Shown here one piece after another: positions 48,445-58,759 of a DNA stretch of 64,000 nt. The notes below the pieces were generated by a model. That model did no database searches. It saw only the letters and a list, made by a program, of their open reading frames with translations, and was not told where the DNA came from. This DNA comes from an uncultured Acidobacteriota bacterium (GTDB taxonomy: Bacteria > Acidobacteriota > Thermoanaerobaculia > UBA5066 > Gp7-AA6): positions 506,905 to 570,904 of the forward strand of contig CAVZDB010000008.1 of assembly GCA_963773905.1 (NCBI GenBank), read 5' to 3'. The translations under genes and the position numbers were made by a program. Positions within the stretch are counted from its first letter, which is position 1. Each line of letters begins with the position of its first letter.

Positions 48445-51407
48445 TCAGAACGAGACGCGGACCGCCGCGCGGAAGAGCCGTGCTCCTGAGCGATCGGTGA
48501 TCAGGCCGTAGTTGGGGTTGTTCGAGGCTTGATTCGGATCGTAGATGGTATCCGGGTAGCCGACCTGTTGCTGATCCCTCCACGTCGCGTCCTGCGCGGT
48601 GCGAATCTGGTTGTTGAAGAGATTGAAGACGTAGGCCTGAAGCGTGGCTGTGACCGGGCCGAGGAGGATCGGATACGAGAGCGTGAGGTTGGAGTCCCAC
48701 TCCATCGGGAGGCGGCCGGCGTAGCCCTTGGGAACGAGGTGGATCGTCCCGCCGTAGAGGTCGTTGAAGTACCCGTACTGGTTGAACGGAGGACCGGAGC
48801 GCAGCCAGGTCTGAAGCCCGGCCGACAGGCCGAACGGTGCGGTGTAGAAGCCGTCGACCCGCAGCTGGTGCGGCCGGTCCAGATAGAGGCGGCCATAGGC
48901 GTTGTGAAGAAGCTGCGGATAGTCGAAGTCGGCATTGATACCCGGATCGGTCTGGCCTCCGAAGAGCTCACTGACCTCGCCGTCGTAGTTGCCGCGCAGG
49001 GACGAGAACACGTAGGACGCCTGAATCCAGAGACTTGGCGAGGGAGAGGCGCGGGCCACGAGCTCGATGCCGCGATAGATCCGCTTGGCCTCCGGCATCG
49101 GGGGCGCGCCAAACAGACTCTCCCCGGTGTTGCAGTTGTTAAAGTCGCCGTTGAGCCCGGTGCAGTAGTGGAAGTCGCCGCGGGAGATGGGGCCGTCCGA
49201 GCCCGGATTCATGAGGCCGCAGCTCGACCCTCCGTTCTCCGGAGCGCTGTAGTCCAGGTCGCAGCGGTCTTCGATCGCGCTCGAGAGTGTGCGATAGGTC
49301 GCCTTCAACCCCACAGAGAACTTGCCGCCCGATAGAGTCTTCTCGACTCCGAACGTCAGTTCCTCCTGCGAGATCCCCTTCAGGCCGTCGTCCACCGGTT
49401 CCCCGTTCGAGTTGCCCGAGATGTTCGAGGTCTCATGGTGGATGACGTTTTGGTCTTGAGCCACCCCGACCGGATCGAAGTTGTAGGTTTGGGCGAAGAA
49501 GTTGCCGCTGTAGACGCGAATGGCGAGGTCCGTGGGCAGGCCGTAGGAGAAACGCCCGGCGAACGCATAGACCTTCGAAGACCCGTCGCCCAGGGGATCC
49601 CAGACGATGCCCAATCGCGGTTGCCACTCGTTCGTCCGGATGACGGTCTCGTTCAGGAAGTTGATGACCCATTCGCGGTCGAAGCGAAGGCCCGCGTTGA
49701 CCGTGAGGTTCGGCAACCCCTTCCAGGAGTCCTGAAGGTAGGCGCCGAAGTCTCGCGTGACCGCCGAGCTGGCCCAGTTCGTTGGGGTCAGGTCTTCGGT
49801 GCTGGTGGCGTAGAAGTCGTGGCGGTAGTAGTCCTGCCCGTACTCGTTGTAATGCCGGACGCGCTGTTTGCCCGAGAAGGCGGTTACGGTGTCCGTCTGT
49901 CCCGCCTGATAGTCCCCGCCGACCTTGAGCTCGTGGGAGCCCCGGTAGATCGCCGCGTCGGCCCGAATCTGGTCGCGGTGCGACTTGCTGTTGTTGGCGG
50001 GCCCGAACACGAAGCCGAGCCCCCCTTGCACGGAGTTCGGCTCCCCCGGCGTGTCGCAGGGCGCGTCGGGGGTTCCGACTCCCTCTGGGCAGGTCCAGTC
50101 CTCGGTGCGCACCTGCAGCCCCGGGCCCGTGGGCACGAGGCTGTACCGGTCCTGATGCCGCGCGGCCTGCAGCGTGAGCAGGGCCGCAGACCCGAAGAGC
50201 TGATTCGCGCGCAGGCCGAAGTCGGTTCCGCCGATGGAGCGGGTGGATTCCCAGGTTCCGGGGTCCGGATTGGAGATCGGCGGCCCGCCCTGGCGTGGAT
50301 CGGAGAGATTCGCCCCGTCATTCGTGGTCGGGTCGGCGAAGACGCTGCCGACGAGGGTCGTGCCTGCGGCGAGGTTCCAGGTCAGCTTTCCCGAGTAGAG
50401 GTTGTCGGTGTTTCCGACCGGAAACTCGAGTGTGTCGGGTACGAGCTCGCTCGAGACGTAGCGCGAGATCTGCGCGGGATTGGTGACCCGGTCGTACGCG
50501 CCGAAGAACCAGAGCCGGTCCTTGACGAGAAATCCCCCGAGGTCGACCCCGTAGTCCGCGCGCGTGTAGCTCGCGATCCGCATTCCGGTCAGGTCCGAGT
50601 CGACTCCGGGCTCGAACGTGCGCTCGGCCTGCAGCGCATCCGAGTCGTAGTAGACGAAGCCCTCGCCGTGGAAGTTATTGCCGCCCGACTTGGTGATCAC
50701 GTTGATGACGCCGCCGAGCGCCCGGCCGTACTCGGCCTGGTAGCCGCCGGTCTTGACCTCGACCTCCTGGATGAACTCGTTGTTGATGGCCTTGCCCTGC
50801 ATTCCCTTCAGGACGTTGGTGGTGTTGACTCCGTCGATGACCCACTGGTGTCCACCGAGGTCGAGCCGTAGATCGAGAGCGCGAGGGAGCGTCCCTGCGT
50901 TTCGCCCAGGTCCGGCAAGACCCCGGGATTCGAACGCACGATGTCCGCGTAGTTGCGAGCGACGGGAAGGTGCGTGATCACCCGGCTGCTGTAATTCGTG
51001 CCGGTCGTCGTCGACGTCGTGTCCACCAGGGGCGTCGTGCCCGTGACTGCCACCGACTCCTGCAATTCGGGCTCCAGCGTGAAGTCGGCGGTGACCGTCG
51101 CGTCGAGCGTGACCGTGGCCTCCATCTCGGCGTCGTGGAATCCGGGCATCGAGGCCTTGACTATGTAGACCCCGGGAGGCAGCGCGGGGAAGCGAAACCG
51201 CCCATCCCCTTCGGTCGTCGCGGTGCGCACGCCCTGCAGATTCGGACTCGAGATCTGGACAGCGACGCCGGGCAGCGGACCCCGAGCCGTGTCGCGGGCC
51301 GTGCCACTGATGGTGCCCGTGGTCGTCTGCGCGTCGACCGGCGCGTACAGAAGCAGCCACAGACTGACGGCCGCCAGGGCCTCGCCGAAGCCCATCCTTT
51401 GTGCCAA
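48445..51407 (-). pseudogene. TonB-dependent receptor with N-terminal carboxypeptidase-regulatory-like domain, one frameshift
   Basis: Signal peptide and the CarbopepD_reg-like domain lie in ORF 50808..51407. The plug ('NEFIQEVEVKTGGYQAEYGRALGGVINVITKSGGN') and barrel lie in ORF 48445..51360, ending in a C-terminal Phe. Total span is not a multiple of 3; the shift is near 50855-50875. Confidence 0.8.
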
Positions 51408-51435
51408 GAGGGGGAGACCTCCCCGCTGGGAGGGA

Positions 51436-52893
51436 TTATTTCACGAAGTCGCGGATCCTCTGCTCCACATACGGGAAAAACGGATTGCAGTTGAGCCGCA
51501 TGAACTGATCGATCGAGACCGTGAGCACGCCGCGTTCTCCGCGCGGCGCGAGCAGGCCGAGCCGGAGTCCGTAGCTCACGCTCATGTCCGGCGCGATGCC
51601 GAAGAGCGGGTCGTCGGGGCGGAACGGCACCGCGAGGTGCGAGAGCGAGAAGATCTGGGGCGGCCACGCCATCCCGAGCGGAATCACCGTGGGCTCCGTC
51701 GCGTGCGGAGCCTCGACGCGGGCGACGACGTCCCGGGTGTCGGCCGACGCGTTCGTCACGAGCGCCAGCCGGTAGGATCGTGACGCGTCGGAGAAGAGCC
51801 CGGCGACCTCGCGGTCGTAGGTGCGCTTGAGCAGCGGGGCCACGTTCTCGAACCGGTTCTGGTCGAAGAGCACGAGCTCGCTGCCGTTCTCGGGAAGGTA
51901 CCGGAAGAGGCGGTCGAAGGTGGCGGGCGTCTCGACGGTGGAGTCCACGAGGGAGACGAACGCCAGGATCGGCGCGAGATCCTTGATGCGGCCCGAGACC
52001 GACGCGTGCTGCACGGCGGTCGCGATCTCGGCGGTCAGCTCGGCGGTCTGAATGGCCGCGTGCGCGGGGAACGAGTCGTACTTGAACGGGATGTACTCGG
52101 GCAGCACGTCCATCCAGCGCGACCGCGCGAAGTAGGGGATCGCGCCGACCGCCACGACGGCGCGCGCCAGGCCGGCGAACGGCGACACGCCGATCATCGG
52201 CGAGAAGAGGAGGATCCGATCGGGCCTCGGTAGCCGCGGCTGGTCGAGCGCGTCGAGGGCGTATTGGACCGAGAGCGCGCCGCCGTTGGAGTATCCCCCC
52301 AGCACGAGCGGGACCTTCGCGCCGACGCGCTGCCTCACGTGCCGGACGCCCAGCCGGACGGCCGCGCGCCAGTCCTTCCAGTTCGCCTCCGTCAGCGCGC
52401 CGGGAACCGTCCCGTGTCCCGGCATCCGCAGGCAGAGCGCGTAGTAGCCGAGCGATCGCAGCAGCTCCGCCTCGGCCTTGACGCTGTAGGGCGAGTCGGT
52501 CAGGCCGTGGATCAGGAGCGCGCCGCCGCGGACCTCGCCCTCGGGGAGGAGCTCGTAGGTTCGGTTCCAGTTCTTCGGGAACTTCTCCGGGTTGATCGGG
52601 CTGTCGGGCCAGTAGCGGTTGGAGAGGGTCCGGTCCTCGGGCGCGGCGGCCGGCAGCACGGTCTCGTTCATTTGCCGGAAGACCGCGTCCTCGCGGCGCA
52701 GGTACTCGTCGAGCGTCCAGGCGTCGGTGATGTCCCGGGCGGTGACCTCGGCGCTCAGCGCGTGGTGCCAGGGCTTGAGGGGCGGGAGCCGCCGGCTGGC
52801 GAAGGCGCGCGCGAAGAGGAGCGTGGCGAAGACGAGGAGGACCCCGGCCGCGGCGTACAGCATCCACTTCAGGAGGCGCCGGAGCGCCTTCAT
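51436..52893 (-). CDS. Membrane-anchored alpha/beta-hydrolase family protein
   Basis: N-terminal TM helix; 'LLIHGLTDSPYS', 'GGYSNGGAL' nucleophile elbow. Confidence 0.7.
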   Translation of the reverse strand: MKALRRLLKWMLYAAAGVLLVFATLLFARAFASRRLPPLKPWHHALSAEVTARDITDAWTLDEYLRREDAVFRQMNETVLPAAAPEDRTLSNRYWPDSPINPEKFPKNWNRTYELLPEGEVRGGALLIHGLTDSPYSVKAEAELLRSLGYYALCLRMPGHGTVPGALTEANWKDWRAAVRLGVRHVRQRVGAKVPLVLGGYSNGGALSVQYALDALDQPRLPRPDRILLFSPMIGVSPFAGLARAVVAVGAIPYFARSRWMDVLPEYIPFKYDSFPAHAAIQTAELTAEIATAVQHASVSGRIKDLAPILAFVSLVDSTVETPATFDRLFRYLPENGSELVLFDQNRFENVAPLLKRTYDREVAGLFSDASRSYRLALVTNASADTRDVVARVEAPHATEPTVIPLGMAWPPQIFSLSHLAVPFRPDDPLFGIAPDMSVSYGLRLGLLAPRGERGVLTVSIDQFMRLNCNPFFPYVEQRIRDFVK

Positions 52894-53261
52894 CCGCCGC
52901 TCTCGAGCCAGGAGAGCGCGAGGTCGGGTTCCGTGAAGACCTCGGTCCGGGCGCCCGCCCTCTCGGACTTCTCGACGAAGGCCTTCGCGATGCCGAACTG
53001 GGCGCCGCGCCGGACGAGGATGGCGATGGGGTGTCCGGCGAAGAGTCCCTGACCCGCTCGCGACGCGAACGTGGCGACCTCCGGGGGGGTCGCCAGATAC
53101 TCGAGCTCGCGCACGTCCATCAGGACGGGCATGCCTGGCTGCAGGCGCGGATCCTCTCCGAGCTTCTGGAGCGCCTCGGTCGTGGACGCGAAATCGTCCC
53201 GTCCCCAGGCTCGGACCCGGGCCAGAGACTCACCGGGTGTGACGCGAAGCTCGAAGGGCAT
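52890..53261 (-). CDS. Hypothetical protein (123 aa)
   Basis: Clean ORF, translationally coupled to the downstream hydrolase (ATGA); no known domain. Confidence 0.5.
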   Translation of the reverse strand: MPFELRVTPGESLARVRAWGRDDFASTTEALQKLGEDPRLQPGMPVLMDVRELEYLATPPEVATFASRAGQGLFAGHPIAILVRRGAQFGIAKAFVEKSERAGARTEVFTEPDLALSWLESGG

Positions 53262-53285
53262 CGACTTTCCTCGTCGCCGGTATTC

Positions 53286-53343
53286 CGTAGGGGCGGGGCT
53301 TGCCCCCGCCCGGATTCGACGGGCGGCCGCAAGGGCCGCCCCT
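53286..53343. repeat. REP-like twin-hairpin element, copy 2
   Basis: Same two stem-loops as 34839-34886, with a 7-nt insert ('attcgac') between them. It sits in the 93-nt spacer between two minus-strand genes. Confidence 0.6.
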
Positions 53344-53354
53344 GCGGCGCCAGC

Positions 53355-56300
53355 CTATCGCGCGGCGGTCGCCTTGGTGTCGTGCCTCCAGAAGAAGGTC
53401 GGCGCCGCCTCCTCGCGCGGCCAGACCTTCTTCAGCGTCTCGGCCTCCCAGACCTCGCCGTTCTTGACGACCCAGTGGATCTTCAGGGTGTTGTGGATGT
53501 CCGCGAGCGGGTCCGCGTCGAGGACGATGAAGTCGGCGAGCTTGCCGGTCTCGATGGAGCCGAGGTCCGGCGCGAAGCCGATCTTGTCGGCGGCGAGGAT
53601 CGTGGACGCGCGGATCGCCTCCATCGGCGTCATCGCGGAGTCCTTCGTCGGCCCGCCCTCGCCGGCCATCGCCCAGATCTCCCAGTGCGGACCGAGGCCC
53701 TGCACCTGGCCGTGGGCGCCCAGCGACACGTTGCCGCCGGCGCGCAGGACCTGCGCGGCCCCGGTGGCGACCGTGGGGAAGGTGTACTCGGACGGCCAGA
53801 TCCACGGGTAGCGGCGCGCCTTCTGGTCGATGATGTCGTGCGGCGTGAAGCGATTGAGCTTCGCGTCGTCGTGCGCGTTGTGCGTCTGCCAGTAGTACTC
53901 CTCGCCCCACGGGCCGCCGTACGCGACGAGGAGCGTGGGCGTGTAGTAGGTCCCGGACTTCGCGACGAACTGGATGACGTCGTTCTGCAGCCGGACCGGC
54001 AGCGCGTGCTCCCACGCGGTGAAGCCGTCCATCACCATCGTCATGTCGGTCGCGAGCTCGCCGCCGCCCTCCGCGGTCAGCAGCATGTGCTCGTCGCGGC
54101 ACGCCTGTGCGAAGTACATGCGCTGCGAGCGGCGCGGCTGCTGGTAGACCTTGATCATGCGCGCGCCGTAGGCCTTCATCCGCTTGACCTGGTGCTTCGC
54201 GTCGTCGAGGTTGTTGACCTCCGCGAAAACGTCCTCCTGCTGGCCGCCGTAGAGGACGTCGCCCGACGAGTAGATGCGGGGCCCGACCATGAGCCCCGCC
54301 TCGACTTCTTCGCCCTGCGCGAAGACGTCGAGCGACGGCGCCGACGGGTCGTAGACCGTGGTCACGCCGTAGGCGAGGTTCGCCACGTACTCCCACTTCG
54401 TCTCCGGGAAGAGCTCGAAACCCGAGTAGTGCAGGTGCGCATGCGTGTCGATGAAGCCGGGGATGACGGTCTTGCCGGTTCCGTCGAAGGTCCGCGCGCC
54501 GGAGGGGACCTGGACGCTCCCGGAGGGGCCGACCGCGGCGATGCGATTGTCCGTCACCACGATGTCCGCGTTCGGGAGGACCTCGTCGCCCTTCATCGTC
54601 ACGACGCGCGCGCCGTGGAGCACGTACGAGCCGGTCGGCTTCGCACGCGGCTCGCTCACCGCGATCGCGATCGTCTCGGCCGTGGGGACCCGCGCCTCCT
54701 GGACCTTCTCCTTTTCCTTCTCCTCCTTCTCCTTGTCGCTCGATGAAGCCGAGTCCTTGGCGCCCTTTTCAGCCGCCTCCTTCTTCTCCTTCTCCTCGGC
54801 CTTGCGGCGCTGCTCGCGCGCGAACTCGACCGCGCCGGTGAGCGGCAGGCGGTAGAAGGTGTTGCCGAGCGCCCACGTGATCGTGCGTCCTCCGTCGGCC
54901 CAGCGGACGTAGCCGCCGGCGTCGTCGGAAAGCCGGTAGACGGGGAGCGCGCCCTCCTTGAGGCCGACCTCGGGCGGCTCCTTCAGCAGGATGCCCGGCA
55001 GCGCGGTGACGTAGACGTTGTCCCGCGAGGTGAAGACGACCCACTGGCCGTCGGGAGACGGCACGATGTCGTCGACGGGCGGGAAGCGCATCAGGTGGCG
55101 GCGGTCCGTTCCGTCGAGCCTTACGGAGACGAGGTCGTTCTTCGGGTCGTCGGTCGGCTTCTTCCGTTCGACCGGATCGCGGTAGTAGAGGCGCGTGCCG
55201 TCGCCGCTCCAGAAGACCTCCGGATGGAAGTGGAGCGCATTGGCGAGCTTGATCACGACGACCGGCTTGAGCTCGCCGCCGGCGGCGTCGACCACGACGG
55301 CCTCGAAGAACTCCTCCTCCTCGGGCTGATGCCCGCGGAACTCGAGTCCGGACCCGCGCACGAGCGCGATCTTGTCGCCCTTCGGCGACCACGCGGGGTT
55401 GGCGTAGTGCCCGGCGACCTTCGTCAGCTTCACCGGCGCGCCCCCGGCGGCCGGCGCCTTCCACAGGTGGCCGCCCTCGGCGTCGCTCCACGAGACGTAG
55501 GCGATCGACTTCCCGTCGGGCGACCAGGCCGGGCCGTACTCGCGCTTCGGCAGCGCGGCGTCGTCCTTCGTGAGCCGCTTCGGCGTCCCCGAGGCCTTTG
55601 CGCCGTCGAGCGCCTGGAGCCAGATGCGTCCGAACGCCTCGAAGGCGATCGTCTTCCCGTCCGGCGACTGGCTGGGCCAGCGCAGGATCTTCGCCACCAC
55701 CGGCCCGGACTCCACCTTCTCCTGCCAGGTCACCCGCGGCGCGACCGCGAGCGAGACCGGCGCCGTGAACGGGATGTCGCGGATCTCCAGGCTGGCGAGG
55801 TCGAGGCGGACGATCTTGCCCTTGTTGGAGAAAACGAGCGATTTGCCGTCGGGCGTGAAGGCGTAGTTGGGCCAGAGGTCCGCCTGCGCGAACCCCTCCT
55901 CCTCGTCGCGCGTGACGCCGCGGGCGAGGATGCGCTCGGATCCGGTGGGGAGATCGCGCGCGACGAGAACGCTTTCGCCGTCGCGCCGCGAGACGTACGT
56001 CATCGTCTTGCCGTCGGGGGAGAGCGCCGGACGGACCGCACCGCCGAAGCCTTCCGCGACCGGGAAGGTGTCGGCGAGCTCGCGGTCGTAGCGCCAGATC
56101 TGCCACAGGCCGTCGTTCAGATCGGGCGTGTAGCTGAACTTGCGCTGCCGCGCCGAGAAGTAGATGGAGCGGCCGTCCCGCGAGACGACCGCGCCGCCCG
56201 CGTTGTTGACGTCGTCCGAGGACGTCAATTTGATGCCGCCTCCGCCCTCGCGGTTGTAGATCCAGAGCTCGACGGGCGGGATGCCCGCGCGCTTGCCGGT

Positions 56301-56816
56301 CTCCTTGCGCGCGATCAGGTAGTTGCCGTCCGGGGTCCAGGCGGCGCTGCGGACGTACTCGTCCTTCTCGGCGGAGATGGCGCGCGGATTGCCGCCGTCG
56401 GCGTCCATGATCCAGACGTTCTCAATGCCGCTGCGGTCGCTCGTGAACGCGATCGTCTTGCCGTCGGGGGAGTAGCGCGGGTGGTAGTCCCACGCGGGGC
56501 CCGAGGTCAACGGCCTGGCCCGGCCGCCCGCGATGGGCATGGCGTAGATGTCGCCGAGCAGGTCGAACGCCACGGTCTGGCCGTCCGGCGACACGTCGAG
56601 GGACATCCACGTCCCCTCGCTCGCCTCGAAGGCGATCGTGCGGGCGTCGGCTCGGGGCTTGTTGATGTCCGCGGCGACGTCGGGCTTCTTGTCCTGGGCT
56701 CCTTCCTTCGGGGGGTCCGCCGCGCGAGCGGCCGGGGCGGGCGAGAGGGTGAAGAGGACGGTCAGCGAGAGGATCGCTGCGAACGTGGGCAGCCTCTTGC
56801 GCATCGGGGCCTCCAT
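53355..56816 (-). CDS. TolB-like beta-propeller (PD40 repeats) fused to amidohydrolase domain, secreted (1153 aa)
   Basis: Signal peptide; >=2 PD40 propeller regions; a KE-rich linker; a C-terminal metal-dependent amidohydrolase ('VIPGFIDTHAHL', '...GAHG...'). Confidence 0.85.
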   Translation of the reverse strand: MEAPMRKRLPTFAAILSLTVLFTLSPAPAARAADPPKEGAQDKKPDVAADINKPRADARTIAFEASEGTWMSLDVSPDGQTVAFDLLGDIYAMPIAGGRARPLTSGPAWDYHPRYSPDGKTIAFTSDRSGIENVWIMDADGGNPRAISAEKDEYVRSAAWTPDGNYLIARKETGKRAGIPPVELWIYNREGGGGIKLTSSDDVNNAGGAVVSRDGRSIYFSARQRKFSYTPDLNDGLWQIWRYDRELADTFPVAEGFGGAVRPALSPDGKTMTYVSRRDGESVLVARDLPTGSERILARGVTRDEEEGFAQADLWPNYAFTPDGKSLVFSNKGKIVRLDLASLEIRDIPFTAPVSLAVAPRVTWQEKVESGPVVAKILRWPSQSPDGKTIAFEAFGRIWLQALDGAKASGTPKRLTKDDAALPKREYGPAWSPDGKSIAYVSWSDAEGGHLWKAPAAGGAPVKLTKVAGHYANPAWSPKGDKIALVRGSGLEFRGHQPEEEEFFEAVVVDAAGGELKPVVVIKLANALHFHPEVFWSGDGTRLYYRDPVERKKPTDDPKNDLVSVRLDGTDRRHLMRFPPVDDIVPSPDGQWVVFTSRDNVYVTALPGILLKEPPEVGLKEGALPVYRLSDDAGGYVRWADGGRTITWALGNTFYRLPLTGAVEFAREQRRKAEEKEKKEAAEKGAKDSASSSDKEKEEKEKEKVQEARVPTAETIAIAVSEPRAKPTGSYVLHGARVVTMKGDEVLPNADIVVTDNRIAAVGPSGSVQVPSGARTFDGTGKTVIPGFIDTHAHLHYSGFELFPETKWEYVANLAYGVTTVYDPSAPSLDVFAQGEEVEAGLMVGPRIYSSGDVLYGGQQEDVFAEVNNLDDAKHQVKRMKAYGARMIKVYQQPRRSQRMYFAQACRDEHMLLTAEGGGELATDMTMVMDGFTAWEHALPVRLQNDVIQFVAKSGTYYTPTLLVAYGGPWGEEYYWQTHNAHDDAKLNRFTPHDIIDQKARRYPWIWPSEYTFPTVATGAAQVLRAGGNVSLGAHGQVQGLGPHWEIWAMAGEGGPTKDSAMTPMEAIRASTILAADKIGFAPDLGSIETGKLADFIVLDADPLADIHNTLKIHWVVKNGEVWEAETLKKVWPREEAAPTFFWRHDTKATAAR

Positions 56817-56944
56817 CGTGAGCGGACGAAAAGCGAATCGTGCGAGTCGAGCGGTAGAAGGAGCGGATTATCTGCTTGGGCCCCTTCGCCTTGTCAATAC
56901 ACAAATCCTTGGGAAGCGCGTCACCGTTCGGCGACAATCGATCC

Positions 56945-57580
56945 ATGCGGCCCCGGATCCAGGCTCTCCTCGTCGGAGGAGCCCTGCTCCTCTTTCTGCT
57001 TCGCCACCCGGTCGAGCTGCGCCTGCTGCGCCATCGCACGGCGCAGCTCCCGGACTCATCCGTTGAGCCGAAGCAGCTTCCGGACACGCGGCCGCCCTTT
57101 CCGCATTCCGCGGGAGGGCATCGCTATAGGGTGATCCCGCGCTTCCGGTGGGACGAATCGGCTCGGGTCGTCGGAGCAGAATCGCATCATTTTGGCGCAG
57201 CCGCGTCGCTTCTCCCCGTGGACCTCGCGCTCGCCTGGGGCCCGCTCCTCGCGCCGCCCTACGCCGGCAAGATCTCGTACAGCCAGTATGCGCGGTACTA
57301 CTTCTGGCGGACGCGCGACGGTTCCCTCGACCGCGGCATCATCGTGTCGCACTCCGCCAATACCCACCTGATCCCGGCGACCTCGCGCCTGAGCACGGCG
57401 ATCGCCTGCGTCGCGAAGGGCGACGACGTGCGGCTCGAGGGCTGGCTCGTCGACGTCGAGGGCATCGACGATCCGGGATTTCGCTGGGGTACGAGCACGA
57501 CGCGCGAGGACGAGGGACCGAACTCCTGCGAGACGGTCTACCTCGAGAGGTTGACGATCAACCGGAGGGTGTACGAGTAG
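56945..57580 (+). CDS. Hypothetical membrane-anchored protein
   Basis: ATG at 56945 ('MRPRIQALLVGGALLLFLL'); no recognisable domain. Confidence 0.45.
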   Translation: MRPRIQALLVGGALLLFLLRHPVELRLLRHRTAQLPDSSVEPKQLPDTRPPFPHSAGGHRYRVIPRFRWDESARVVGAESHHFGAAASLLPVDLALAWGPLLAPPYAGKISYSQYARYYFWRTRDGSLDRGIIVSHSANTHLIPATSRLSTAIACVAKGDDVRLEGWLVDVEGIDDPGFRWGTSTTREDEGPNSCETVYLERLTINRRVYE

Positions 57581-58759
57581 CTAGAAGCGAAGCAGCTCTG
57601 CAGGCGCCTGGCCCGGGTTTCCTGAGGCAATCCAGAATTCGAGGCCGTCGCTACAAGCTCCCCAAGGAAATGTCGATCCCGCGGTGGAATTGCCGATCGG
57701 CGCAAGGTCGGAAGCATTCCAAACAGAGACGCTCGGCGGCGCCGTCTGATTCGTAATCAAGACACGTTGTCCGTCGAACGCTGTGCCGTAAGGATTGCCA
57801 AGGCCGTTCCCCCTCAAAGTGGCGATGAGCAGCCCCGTCGACGCCTGCACGACGGCCACGGTGTTCGAGCCGTTGATCGGGACCCAGATGTTTACTCCGT
57901 CAAACACGGGGAAGAGAGGATGGGTTCCGACCGGGACCGTCTGGATGACACTCCCGCTCGAGTCGAGCCTCAGGAGGGCGCCGGCGCCGAAATCGGAAAT
58001 CCAGATATCGCTACCGTCGAAGAGCGCTCCCTCGGGAAGCGAGAATCCAGTCGTCACCGTCATGACCGTCCATGGCAGGCTGGTACTCGGAGTCACCCGC
58101 GAGACAGAAGCGCCTCCATAGTTCGCAGTCCAGAGAGATGCTCCGTCGAAGGCGATGCCGAGTGGAACTCCACCGAGGTTCGAGGCGACTTCCGTCGCAT
58201 CTCCCGCAGGTTGGCTCGGGTCGATGAGGAAGAGCCCACCGGTGTTGCCGCCCGGAGTTCCGTCGCCTGTTACGAAGATTCGGCCCATTGCGGGTAAGAG
58301 GCCAAATCCCCCGGGGATACCGGTCCAGGCTTCGAGAAGCCTCCCGTCGTTCGCACGCACCCGCGCCGCGCCTCCGTTCACGGCCGCCCAGACGTCCATT
58401 CCATCAGCGGCACATGATTTCGGATAGTTCCCGAGAATCGTCGAGCCGAGCCCGATGTCCCAGTGCGGCGTCGTCGTCCACCACTGCCCGAGCGCCGCCC
58501 GGCGGCTGTTGCGAGCGAGCGACTGGTTGAGCCCCTTCGCGATGAAGACCGCGCCCTGGCCGCGGGTCAGCGGATCGTCGGGCGAGAACGTCGTCGCCGA
58601 GGTGCCGGCGGTGATGCCGAGGTAGTAGAGCTCCAGGATGAACGGACAGAAGGCGGGCGTCACGTCGGTGAACGGCCCGCATTGGTCCTGGACGATCTTC
58701 ACGGCGCCGCCGGCGAGGACGGCGGCGAGGGCGAGGGGGAGAATCAGGATCTTCTTCAT
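57581..58759 (-). CDS. Secreted SLH-domain + YVTN/NHL-like beta-propeller protein, paralog 1
   Basis: Signal 'MKKILILPLALAAVLAGGA'; 'FTDVTPAFCPFILELYYLGITAGTSATTFSPDDPLTRGQGAVFIAKGL' (SLH-like); ~40-aa propeller repeats ('DGxxIWVxN...V..V.AS.G'). Confidence 0.75.
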   Translation of the reverse strand: MKKILILPLALAAVLAGGAVKIVQDQCGPFTDVTPAFCPFILELYYLGITAGTSATTFSPDDPLTRGQGAVFIAKGLNQSLARNSRRAALGQWWTTTPHWDIGLGSTILGNYPKSCAADGMDVWAAVNGGAARVRANDGRLLEAWTGIPGGFGLLPAMGRIFVTGDGTPGGNTGGLFLIDPSQPAGDATEVASNLGGVPLGIAFDGASLWTANYGGASVSRVTPSTSLPWTVMTVTTGFSLPEGALFDGSDIWISDFGAGALLRLDSSGSVIQTVPVGTHPLFPVFDGVNIWVPINGSNTVAVVQASTGLLIATLRGNGLGNPYGTAFDGQRVLITNQTAPPSVSVWNASDLAPIGNSTAGSTFPWGACSDGLEFWIASGNPGQAPAELLRF

